DNA of 64,000 bases from Octopus vulgaris (lineage: Eukaryota): positions 15,438,001 through 15,502,000 of the forward strand of contig OX597820.1 in NCBI GenBank assembly GCA_951406725.2. The letters run 5' to 3'. The notes below the pieces were generated by a model. That model saw only the letters and a list, made by a program, of their open reading frames with translations. It was not told where the DNA came from and made no database searches. The position numbers and the translations under genes are program-made. This document shows positions 24,505 through 36,514 of this stretch, piece after piece; within the stretch, counting starts at the first letter, position 1, and the number at the start of each line of letters is the position of its first letter.

Positions 24505-24845
24505 CAAATTCCTGGATGCATCATTAGTGATGTTTTCTGAGGTCATTAGGAGTTTTGTGGCCTTCAGCATCAAACATCTTTACCCAGGTAACCCAACCAG
24601 GTTTGATCAAGCCACAGCTTGTGTCCAATTAGCACTAACCCTGGCAGCACTGCCTCTTGCAAGGCTCACAACTCCTGAACCACAGCCACCTTGAAGTAAC
24701 CTTTGCTGTCTCCACAACTGACCTGATGGCCTTCTGCCTCTATGACTCCAAACATGTTGTAAGCTCTGAAGAAGGATTGGTCTAAACATTACATCTTAGT
24801 TGCCACCCATTCTTTTGGCAAAGTTCCACCAGCTCAGCATATTTC
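24505..24845 (-). mobile_element. HERO/NeSL-like (RLE) non-LTR retrotransposon 3' end, degenerate
   Basis: Minus frames read YAELVELCQKNGWQLRC and QSFFRAYNMFGVIEA. The 3' UTR ggacacaagc...tgatcaaacctggttgggttacctgg...catcactaatgatgcatcc resembles HERO-type UTRs, from memory. Confidence 0.6.
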
Positions 24846-25044
24846 CTTCATATTCGTATTTATATAAAAGTGTAAATAAAAGAGATTTTTTTGAGCCAGA
24901 TGGAATTTTAAGCCGTTGTTAGAGTGGTTTGCTTTTTGAACTTAGATAATCTATAGATTTAGTACAATATAAAGATCTATATATTACTTGTATAGAAGAG
25001 AAAAGAGTGGAGGCAGCAGCTATGGTAAAGATGATGATGACATT

Positions 25045-25405
25045 ACTCTTTTCTCTTTTACTTGTTTCAGTCATTTGACTGTGGCCATGCTGGAGTCGAG
25101 CAAATCGACCCCAGGACTTATTCTTTGTAAGCCTAGCACTTATTCTATCAGACTCTTTTGCTGAACTGCTAAGTTACAGGGACGTAAACACACTAGCATC
25201 AGTTGTCAAGCGATGTTGGGGGGACAAACACAAACATACATATGATGGGCTTCTTTCAGTTTCCGTCTACTAAATCCACTCATAAGGTTTTGGTTGGCCC
25301 AAGGCTACAGTAGAAGACACTTGCTCAAGGTGCCACGCAATGGGACTGAACCCGGAACCATGTAGTTTGTAAGCAAGCTACTTACCACACAGCCACTCCT
25401 ACACC
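25045..25405 (-). mobile_element. SINE family B, near full length
   Basis: Reverse complement of the 15769 family from head (aggagtggctgtgtggtaag) to tail (gactgaaacaagtaaaag). Confidence 0.85.
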
Positions 25406-26949
25406 TACATTAGTGACAAAGTTTGATAAACCATTTAACTTACACAAGAACAAACATAGTTCTAAAATCAAAATAAACAAATTAATTATCATCTTTAATT
25501 GTTGCCTTGAAAATTCAGGCTTCAAACCCCTTAAATGTATTGATTGGAGAGTTTGTTTTTTTTTAGCTTTATTTTTTTTTTTATTAATATCTGAACTTTT
25601 TTGTTTCAGGAATACAGAAAAAGAATATGCAATAATTGTGATGAGACAACTAATTGGTTTGAACTCGTTATCACAGCAGTATCGTTATCACAGCAATAAA
25701 CTCCAAGAATTGTTGAATGGGAATTATATCTAGTTCACTTCCCTCTGTATTGGAAAAAACTAAGTTCAATTCAATACAAAATCCTCTGTGAGTTCATGCA
25801 GTTATTTATCAATATGCCGTTTGTTTTTAAGCTGTATATTATATTTATTTTTATTTAATGGTTTCTACTGAATAAAGATAAGTTCTTGAAAAACCATGTT
25901 CATAACCTAGTTTTGATTTTTAGCAATGCAACCTTACCTTGCGCGATGAAGACTCCAGTTATAGAATTCTTCACATAGAGAAATTGTAAAGCATGATTCA
26001 TAATTTCAGGATACAGCCTCTTCCCGCCTCTCTCCCTCTCTTATATATTCATATATATTCTTTAACAAGAACACTATTGACAGTAACTTTGAAGTTTGAG
26101 CTTGCTAAATCATCAGTGGACCTATGTTGTAACTCAACAATAGATGGATGGATGGAGGTGCAATAAGCAGTGTTATATGAAATATAGCTTTCTTTAATGA
26201 TATTGAATGTGTTCATGTAGATGGAAAGACAATTTGTGCAACGTAATATCTTTCTATGTCCAATGTTAAATATGACTGTACATAACTATTTTTCATTCAA
26301 TGCTGCTTAGTACACTTCTAATTAACTCCAGTTCAAAGTTTTTTGCACACCAGGAAATATATCATTTACTGTTCTAAGTGCAATGAGCCTTTATTTGCCA
26401 TGAACTCGGTATACATAGCTGACAAAGTGCAAAGATGCAGAAGCACACACGTCTTACAGTTAAGTGATATCATTAATGACCTTACCAACCACATGGTTCC
26501 AGGTTCAGTCCCACTGCATGGCACCTTGGGCAAGTGTCCTCTACTATAGCCTCGGGCCAACCAAAGCCTTGTGAGTGGATTTGGTAGACGGAAACTGAAA
26601 GAAGCCCGTCATATATATATGTAAGTATATGTTTGTGTGTCTGTGTTTGTCCTCCAACATCGCCTGACAACCGATGCTGGTATGTTTACGTCCCTGTCAC
26701 TTAGCGGCTTGGCAAGAGAGACCGATAGAATAAGTACTAGGCTTACAAAGAATAAGTCCTAGGGTCAATTTGCTCGACTAAAGGCAGTGCTCCAGCAGGG
26801 CCACAGTCAAATGACTGAAACAAATGAAAGAATAGTGGTGGTGATACAAAATTAAAACCTCTACATAGGTATGACTGTTAAAATCTAAGGGCTTTCAATG
26901 GTTATGCTACATTGAATTTACCTGTAATTTGGCATTCAAATAAGAAGAC

Positions 26950-28397
26950 TTTGAATGACTATGAACCTTCTACAAAATTATTAGAAGTTGTAGACTGCTG
27001 GGTATAATATTTCCAACGAAGTATTACTTCATTTTAGACAATGCACCAAACCACCCAGTGAACTTAAATGACCTTTCTCATAATGAGAGAATTGGATATA
27101 TCCCCAAGAACACAGATTCTTCACTCTAGTTTGAAGTAGGATAGCCAACTAAAAGATATATTTTTCCGAGAACCTTAAAATAACTCTTAAAAGTAATTGA
27201 CAGGGAGGACAAACTTACAGTGAGAGACTAGTGGAAAATATTCAACATTATGGATAACGTAGCCAATTCATAGGATGAAGAGAAACCTTCGGATCCCCAC
27301 CCCCATCAGAATGAAGTCTACATCTGGTTCTGCAAAATATTGTGACACTAATAAATGATATGTGGAGGCACATGGCCTAGTGGTTAGAGCAGCGGACTCA
27401 CAGACGAGGGATCATGGGTTCAAATCTCAGACCAGGCGATGTGTGTGTTTATGAGCGAAACACCTAAGCTCCACGTGGAGCCGGCAAAAGGTAATGGCGA
27501 ACTTCTGCTGACTCTTTCGCCACAACTTTCTCTCACTCTTTCCTCCTGCATCTCGCAGCTCACCTGCAATGGACCACCGTCCCGTCCAGGTGGGGAACCT
27601 ATACGCCAAGGAAACCGGGAAACTGGTCCTTATGAGCCAGGCATGGCTCGAGAAGGAACAAACAACAACAACAAATGATATAAGGTTTGAAGAAATCGCA
27701 GAAGGTGATGTGGATCAGTTGATAAAGTACCACTGAAAAAGTTTGTCTAAGAAGCTGATATTCTTTAAACAAGAACAAGCTGTTGAGCAATGTGAGGTTG
27801 CAGAAGCTCCACTTACTTCAGTTAACTGTGAAGAATATGACTAAAAAGCTGGTGCTTAAAGAGAAAAATCTGGAAGTCTTTGCTGATAAAGATCTTAATC
27901 AGAGAGACATTACAAAAGGAGTTCATAACAAATTCAGTTCCTGCACTGAACTATACATCATGATGTGGCACCATAAATAGCCAACAAATCTGAATAAGTT
28001 CTTCACCCTTGAAGCAGATACCGATGATGATGCTCTACAAGGCAGAAGACGGTGCCCCTCTTCCTGCTTGCAACTACCATCCTATCACCTCTCATCACAG
28101 CAGTCAACATCTTTTGTGGTGAGAATGTACTTTACCACAGTATTACTGCATTCTTATTTGTTCCTTGACATGTTTCTCTTCACATGTGTTTTATATAAAT
28201 ACAGTATCCAGAGTGTTTAAAAATTGTTATTTTTATGCATAAAAGTAGTTGCATGATTTGGAGTGGTGGGGAGGTCCTCAAAAAATTCTTTAGGAATGCA
28301 TTTTAATTTATATAACATGAAACCACAATAGGGAAAATAGGTTTTGCAATAAGATTTTCAAAAACAGAATTCTGTAGGAAAGCAAGGGATGCCTATA
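26950..28397 (+). mobile_element. Degenerate pogo/Tigger-like DNA transposon remnant
   Basis: Broken frames WKIFNIMDNVANS*DE, GFEEIAEGDVDQLIKYH, QLTVKNM...LEVFADKDLNQRD...ELY and TNLNKFF resemble the Tigger C-terminus. The 3' end agcaagggatgcctata is TIR-like. The left boundary is uncertain. Confidence 0.55.
27362..27672 (+). mobile_element. tRNA-derived SINE family C, full length with TSD
   Basis: A-box tggcctagtgg, B-box gggttcaaatctc, (AAC)n tail, and 9-bp TSD aaatgatat (27353-27361 and 27673-27681). Confidence 0.9.
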
Positions 28398-28918
28398 CTT
28401 GTTTTATTTCACTTATATCCTTTACACTCTTGAGAATATATGAGCATAACAATTGCCATTTAATTCAATTACTGATGGATGCCATTGGTTATAAAAATCT
28501 ACAGAGCCACACTTGCTTCAATACAAAAAAGCATATATCCAGAAGGTTTGCATGTCCAAAAATACTTCAATTATCTTTGAAAATATATACAGCACAATAT
28601 TTCTTTTAGAAATATAGAACTGCATCATTTACCAAAGGCTACATTTGATTGTAATTCTCTAAAGGAACAAATCATGAATGATACAGAAGACATGTCTTTA
28701 AGAAAAAATTACCAAGCAAAAGCTACAGAAGTGTTATTTCCATATTCTTGTATATGTTTGCCAACAGATTCCATCTCAAACTGTTTATGGAAACATATAT
28801 TATCCTATTTTGGTTGAGTTAAGTTGGTTCTGGATTTGCTCAATAAATAAATACAGACACATAGACACCAGTACCTTCCCTCAAAATTGATGGTTTTCTG
28901 CCTAACTTAGAAACCATC

Positions 28919-29280
28919 ATTACCTCCACCTCAGCAAAGGCAGAGGTATTGTTTTCTGTTGTGTTTGTTTGTTTGTCTGTGGACAAGATATCTCAAGAAC
29001 CACTGGATGGATTCGGATGAAACTTTCAAGGATGTTTGGCCTCGTGACTGGCATGTACTGGTTAGATTTGGGGATTGATCCAGTACCAGACAAGGATTCT
29101 GGATTATTTTTCCTGTTTTTTTACTTAATTTTTGAGAGCGGTCAGGTTCATTTTTAGTATTTTAGTAAGAGCAGTTGAGTTAATTTTAGATATTCTCTTT
29201 AAAAATCATCTCTGGCTAATCGTTGAGAGGATGTTGATGTTGCCTTGGTGGAGGTTTGCGCCCTCTAAGTGCTCTTGTTA
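28919..29280 (+). mobile_element. Helentron-associated non-autonomous element (HINE/DINE-1-like)
   Basis: 5' ttacctccacc...ggcagaggta short inverted repeat, (GTTT)/GTCT microsatellite, core accactggatggattcggatgaaacttt, 3' subterminal IR ggtggaggt plus imperfect hairpin gcgccctctaagtgc. Confidence 0.75.
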
Positions 29281-31320
29281 TTATTTATGTTAAAGGCACC
29301 AAGCTGACAGAATTGTTACTGCACCAGAAAAAACGCTTAGCAGATTTTTCTGACTTTACATTGTAAGTTTAAATATTGCTGTGGTCAACTTTACTTTGAA
29401 TCCTTTTGTGGTCAATAAAATAAGTACCACTTGAACACTGGAGTCGATAAATTAAGTACCAGTTCAACACCGAGGTTGATAAAGTAAGTACCAGTACAAC
29501 ACTGAGGTCAGTATAATTGACATAACCCCTGGCCCAAAATTGCTGGCCTTGTGCCAAAAATTTGAACTCATTATTATTATTATTATATTAAAGGTGGCAA
29601 TCTGGCAGAATCATTAACAAGGTGAACAAAATGCGTAGTAGTACTTTGTTCATCTTTAAGAACATAAAGATAGAGTTCAAATTCTGCCAGGTTGAATTTG
29701 CTTTTCCTCCCTTCAGAGCAGATGAAATAAGTACTAGTTAAGCACTGGGGTCTATGCAATCAATTGGCCCCTTTCCCAAAAATTTCAGTCCCTGAGCCTA
29801 TATAAGAAATGATTATTACTTATGTTAATTCTACCTTCAGATACTTTCATCAAGTTCTTGTGATTTGTCCACTGATTAATGTTAACAATGGGAGCTAAAA
29901 TAATCCTTTCCACTATAGGCACAAGGCCAGAAATTTGTGGGGAGGGGACTAGTCAGTTTCATCGACCCCAGTGTTTCACTGGTACTTAATTTATCAACCC
30001 CGAAAAGATGAAAGGCAAAGTCAACCTCGGTGGAGTTTGAACCCAGAATGTAAAAACAGACGAAATACTGCTTAGCATTTCACTCAGTGTGCTAACAATT
30101 CTAACAAAAACAATGAGAAAAAAAGGCAGATAAATAGCCAAAACATACAGCAAACAAAGAAAAAAACATGACCATCAAAATACAACAGTTCCAAACATGT
30201 TATTTATTCTAGTAAGAGGCTTATTTTGGACTGTGTCTTGATCTAAGAAAAGTAACTTAGACTGAAGTACCCAAGGGCACATATTTTGGTAAATATATGA
30301 TGGCAAGTAAATAACTGGTTAAAATAGATTTATCACATTAGACATAATTTGGTTCTCCATGAGAGTATAACAAAATTATTATGTGGAGCGGATATTGCAG
30401 TTAGTCGATATTATAGACATATGACTATTACCGGAATAGGTAAATAGTGCTTAAATCTCTGTGTGTGTGTGCCATGTGTGTTTATGCGTGCATGCGTATT
30501 TATAGACCAGTGCATCACGCATCCTACATTACATGACTCAGTGAATAAAAGATATATAAAACGGTCTGCTCCAATCAGTGATAACCAATAGCTTCATCAA
30601 AGGAAAAATTGATCAATAACTTGTAAGGTAAGTGAAATGACGGAAAGTCTGTAGACAATAAGGAAAATATAACAGCTGATGCTGTCGTTTGATGACTTAT
30701 AGCTATCACTCTATCTACAAATTGATATTAGAAGTGTGCAAAGCATTGTAAACATATTTTAGATATTTATTATTTTCATTTAGTCAATCTTAGTCACCAA
30801 TCATTAAACAAATCAAAACAAATTAGAAAATAATAACTATTTTCTTTGTTCGTTTGGTTCTGTGTAAAATACTTGACTATAGGTGCAGGCACCTATACTA
30901 TAGCTGTGTGGTTATGAAGCTTGCTCTCTGCTACCACATGGTTTCAAGTTCAGTTCCAGTGCACAGCACCTTCTACTACGGCCTCAGGCTGATCAATGCT
31001 GTATGAGTGAATTTGGTAAATAGAAAAGGTGTAGAACCTCATTGTGTGTGTGTAAAGCTAATATTTATGTTTTGAACTCTGTTTTTCCTGTTTGCATCAC
31101 CTAACCTGCCTGCTTCTGTGTGTGTTTACATTTGCCCATCAAGACACAGTCCAAAATAAGCCTATATGTCTCTTACTAGAATAAATAACATGTTTGGAAC
31201 TATTGTATTTTGATGGTCATATTTATTTCTTTGTTTACTGTTTTGTCTATTAAAACATTCCCTTTTGGTTATTTACTCGCCTTTTTTTTCTCATTGTTTT
31301 TGTTTTTGTTAGAATTGTTA

Positions 31321-31596
31321 ACCGTGCTCTGCATGCCGGTGGCAAATAAAAAGCACCATCCAAACGTGGCTGATGCCAGTGCCGCCTGACTGGTTCCTGT
31401 GCCGGTGGCATGTAAAAAGCACCCACTACACTCTCAGAGTGGTTGGCTTTAGGAAGGGTATCCAGCTGTAGAAACATTGCCAGATCAGATTGGAGCCTGG
31501 TAAAGCCTCCTGGCTTGCCAATCCCCAGTCAAACCGTCCAACCCATGCTAGCATGGAAAACGAATGTTAAACGACGACAATGATGATGATGATGAT
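31321..31596 (+). mobile_element. RTE 3' UTR insertion, preceded by an inverted copy of local sequence
   Basis: RTE tail family ending in (GAT)n. 31138-31320 is the reverse complement of 30093-30242 with a few indels. Confidence 0.8.
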
Positions 31597-31799
31597 TAAC
31601 GTTCTATGAATTAATTCATATATTTTACTTGTTTCAGTCATTGGACTGTGGCCATTCTGGATCACTGCTTTGAAAGGTTTTGCCAAAATGATTGATCCTA
31701 GTTCATATTTTTAAAATCTGGTATTTTATTCTATCGATTTCTTTTGCTGAACTATGTTATGGGGATGTAAAGAAACCAACACTATTTTTTCTTGTTGAA

Positions 31800-32025
31800 C
31801 CCCTTGATTCCTGTTTCACTCAGGTGGACCCTTGTAACCATTTGATATTTAAAGAATCCTATCATATTTTTGTAATTAAATATTATTAGAAATTGTATAA
31901 AAGAAAAAAAATTAAAATATTTTGTGTTTTGTAGACGTATAGCCAATTTATTGCACATAAATTTTAACAATAAAATCTTATATATGGATCCCCAAGGGTC
32001 ATGTGAACCCTGATTAAGAACTACT
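31800..32025 (-). mobile_element. hAT/Charlie-like MITE fragment
   Basis: The terminus cagtagttcttaatcagggttc...gacccttggggatcc resembles CAGTGGTTCTCAAC-type TIRs. The other end is degraded. Confidence 0.4.
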
Positions 32026-33835
32026 GACTGCACTCTTCAAGGTAGTGCTCCAGTATGGCCTATGTCTAATAACTGAAACAATTAAAAAGGTTTTAGTGCA
32101 ATCTTCTAACTTGCCAGTTTCTGTCAAATTATCCAACCCACGCCAGCACGGAAAACAGACGTTAAAATGTTTTGTCTACGTTTTGAAACTTTAATAATGA
32201 AAATAATAAAAACCGTGGAAAATTACACTAAATAACTATATTACTTCCGAAAGAGATTGTTGATTCGCAGATTAAATATATGTCACTGAACTATGCTACT
32301 TCCTGAAGATTGTTAATAAGCAGATGAAATGTATGTCACTGAACTCATGGTCTGAAAAACTTTTTAACATGACATTAAATGTTACACAGAAATATATACA
32401 TTTTTCATTGTTACTTTAAACTTAAAACAATCCTATGCTTATAATTTCTTTTTGTTCTGAGGGTGGTTTTATATGATGTGATGGGAGACTTGGTTCATAT
32501 ATCTTTTTTTTTTTTTAATTCCTTGTACATTTCCACTGAAACTAGTATTGACAATGAATAATAATATATGTACTATGCAAAAAGAGGAAAGACAGTTTAT
32601 ATCTGAACTCTGAGTTCAATCTATTTATTTCTTTATTTGACTACAGCTTAATCCTGTTTTTCTTATTTATATTCTATATTACATCAACCAATGATTCCAA
32701 CCAGACAGAAAAATAAATTAAGAAATAGATTTTTTTTTTAAATGTCTATATTTTGCACATTTTCATTATCCTCATAATCAGAACCACCATTTCAACATTT
32801 ACTTTTCCATGTCGGCATGGATCAGATTAAACATGTTGAGGCAGATTTCTATAACCAAATGCTCTTCTCGTTACCATTGCTCACCTGTTTCCAAATAAGG
32901 TAAATATTTTCTCCAGTCCTTTGAACAACATGATCAGGTGCTTTCATAGCAGATTGTAAACAATGACTCAACACTATGTATATTAAGAATGACCTATGTA
33001 AACCGTGTCAAGACAACGTGAAGACAAACACACACATACAATAAGATATATGTCAGTCAGAAGCCATAGTAAAGGATGTCTGTCCACAGTACTATCAAAG
33101 GGAACAAACCTTAAACTATGAGGTAATGAAGAAGACTTCTTAATCACACAGCAATGCCTGTCTCTCAGCAATTATATCACTAAAATATTTTGATCTTTAG
33201 ATTTCAATAATGAGTATTATAAGAAGTAATTATTCGCAATGGAAGCAGTATTAGTACCAAAAGCAATCTTCTATAACCAACTCAGAATGGATGTCTTGTT
33301 ACAATGCTGAATTCAGTGGTATTTACTTTGAGATGGCCTCTCATATAGAAGCATGGTGCATAAAAGCACAGATTTTTATCATAGCAGATGAAAATAATCT
33401 GGTTACTGGAACAGCTAGATCACTTGATTTCAGTGTACTGCACTTCATCAGTGACAGGCATCCAGTGACTACATACCAGCAAATTCTTGCTGTTATGGTA
33501 TATGGAATATTAGTGACTGATATTCCATATATATTCTCAAATATCCAGAAGGCTTATTAAAAAAATAATTATAAATGACTGAAGCACTATTAGTACCAAA
33601 AGGTAATCTTTATATCCAACTTAACATGGATGGGTATCATAAAAGGCCCGGTTAGAAACCCAGCCTCCCAAGTTCTTTTCAGGGATTAGAAGGAGTGAAG
33701 AACCATTGCAGCAGATTCATACACTTATTGATTGATGTTGGATTAAATCATTATCAACTGATCCTCCAGTATTTTCTTTTAGCCAAATCCAGGAACTTTT
33801 CAGCAACCCTTCATACACACACTGTAGCCAAATAC

Positions 33836-34300
33836 AGATTTCTTTATTAAACCACACAGGGCTGAACACAGAGGGGAAAATACAATGTAGAATTTTTCTT
33901 TCCAAGACTGATCAATAGGGATCGTAAATGTTTCGGGATGTGTACACAAAAAGATAACAAGGCAATGTTTTAACAACAGAAATTCCGCAAAAGGGAGAGA
34001 AAATTTGACACTAACTAGGGTTATCCGTGGAAAGAAAAACCTATGGAAAAAAACCACAGTAACTTCGGAAAAAACCATAGGAGCAAAGCACCCTTTCTCT
34101 TTTTGTTCTATAGGGTCATGCTCAAAGTGGTTTATCATTTGTGTGTACCATCTTTGCTATATTCACCCACCTTTTATAAAACTTTTCATTAGATAAAACT
34201 TCTCTCTCTACTCTCACCTTCCTTTTCAAGTAATACTTGAAAAAGTTGATGAGAGGTTGGCCAGAGAGGAAAGTATTTGTCTCTAAGCCTTTCAAACTGT
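33836..34300 (-). mobile_element. L1/Tx1-like LINE 3' end
   Basis: ORF2-like C-terminus LKGLETNTFLSGQPLINFFKYYLKRKVRVEREVLSNEKFYKRWVNIAKM, followed by a T-rich 3' UTR ending ccctctgtgttcagccctgtgtggtttaataaagaaat. Confidence 0.55.
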
Positions 34301-35434
34301 AGTCAAATATAATACGATTTTGGATATTCATGTGATCTGTCCCAACACTGCTGTAGCTCAAAACCAGAGACAATATGTCAGTAACTTAACTTCTATGTTT
34401 TAAAATGTAACCTTTTAAATTAAAAAAAAGCACTTTTAAACAGTGAAGTATATAACAGGACACCGCCAGCATGGTGACATATCAAACAACTGTCATTGGA
34501 TGCGTATTCATTACATATATAGAGTTACATCATCATCACAGGGCAATGAATGTACATAATTCATCATTTGATTTCCTGAAGATATTACCATCAGTATCTT
34601 ATCAAGTTTACTTCCTTTTATCCACTTGAGTATAATACTACTCTCTTTGTTTCATCCTGATTTATTTATATAAATTCCTCACATTGTATGTAAAAAGATG
34701 TAATATATATGCACCCATGCACACAGCATAAACATATATGTGTGCATGTATATGAGTGTGTGTGTGTGTGTGTATAATATAAACACACACACACACACCA
34801 TCATCATTTTGACATTCACTTTTCCATATTTGCATAGGTCAAATGGGGTTTATTGTGGTAAATATTCTTTGACCGGATGCCCTTCCTGTTGCCACCTGTT
34901 TCCAAGCAAGGTAATATTTCCCCCATGGCTACATATGTTCTCACAGGATACTGGAAATGAATGACACCGCTCGGATGACAGTGACACTCATTTTATAACA
35001 ATCATACAATGTCAAGATAAGGAAACAATAACATACATACATACATTTTATCATCATGTTTGTGTACTCAAGCCGGTGGCACGTAAAAGCACCCACTACA
35101 CTCTTAGAGTGGTTGGTGTCAGGAAGGGCATCCAGCAGTATAAACTCTGCCAGATCAGATTGAAGCTTGGTGCAGCCATTGGGTTTGCCAGTCCTCAGTC
35201 AAATCGTCCAACCCATGCTAGCATGGAAAGCGGATGTTAAACAATAACACACACGCACAATGAGATTCTTTCAATTTTTGCCTACTAAATCCATTCATAA
35301 GGTTTTGGTTGGCCTGGTGTTGTAGTTGAAGACAATAGGACTGAACCTGGAACTATGTGGTTGGGAAGCAAACTTCTTACCACACAGCTATGCCTGTGCA
35401 TATATATATATATATGTATATATATACACACACA

Positions 35435-35670
35435 CAGGGTGTTCAAAAAGTTTCTCCGCAGTGAATTTTTTCATCCAAGATGTATTTTAAAACATGGGTA
35501 GAAGAGTCAATTTATGTATTGAAAATGAAGGCCGACACTTTCAACACCTCTTATATAAAGTTTTTAAAGTTTTTTAAAGTCTAATATATTCTTTTGTAGC
35601 CTTATACCATCTTATAAATATTTATTTTGCAATAAAATACTTACTAAGGAGAGACTTTTTGAACACCCTG
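35435..35670. mobile_element. Tc1/mariner-type MITE
   Basis: 23-bp TIRs cagggtgttcaaaaagt(t/c)tctcc match 22/23, with TA at the right flank. Confidence 0.85.
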
Positions 35671-36514
35671 TAGTTAATAGTTATTATTTGTTCGTTCCCA
35701 TCTGGGCTATGAAAGGTTTTTGTATATTTTTGTTGGTCGTAATTATTCATACCAGTATGTAGTTCCTGACGAAGAATCTAATTTTTATTTCAAGAGGAGT
35801 TTTTCATTTTTTGTCTTTGGAATTAATTAGACTCCGAAACAATTCATAGAATGTATATTGGATCTGTACCAACCTGGATTATGAATTAAAGATCGTCTAC
35901 ACCTACAATTTTTCCTTTCCTTATACTTCATTTATTGTTTTTGCAAATACTGAATATATATATTTTATATATGTTCTTTACTTAGACTGTAGTGGTGGAC
36001 TTATATGTTTGACATCCCTTTGAAGGATTTTGGTCCTCACCTCTTTTATATATGTATATGCAAAATAAGTTCATTGCTTTCCTTGTTAGAAACTGAGAGG
36101 TGTTCTCATGGAATTATTTTCAAAAAATTTTTTTAATTAAAAAAAGTCAGATAAGTAATATAACCACTTCTATGCAAAATTGAAACAACTTTTTGTAACA
36201 CACACAGTATGCATGCATTAGAAAAGGAAAATTTGAAGAGAAATATATAAAGGAAGAAATAAAAATGCAGTACTATCACAGTAGAGAGTGTATACTCAGC
36301 ACAAAAAATGTTGGCTGCTATGTGATGGGATGTGATGCTATAGAAGGTGATGGGAGGAAGAGAGGCTCTATATTCTGTTTTGTAGATCAGTAACAGCTGC
36401 TAACAGTAAGGTAAAGAACTTTGTTTGACAAATATTCAGCACCATCCTCAGTGCTGGAACTGAGCTCATTATGAACTCCTCTCCTAATTTTTGTCACATG
36501 CAGAATTAGAACTG

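Noticed and set aside
27362-27435. tRNA-like sequence with A and B boxes
   Set aside because: It is the head of a TSD-bounded SINE with no complete cloverleaf; the same applies to the other SINE heads.
29411-29512. CRISPR-like 32-bp periodic repeats
   Set aside because: The units are contiguous with no unique spacers, lie inside a eukaryotic SINE, and no cas genes are present.
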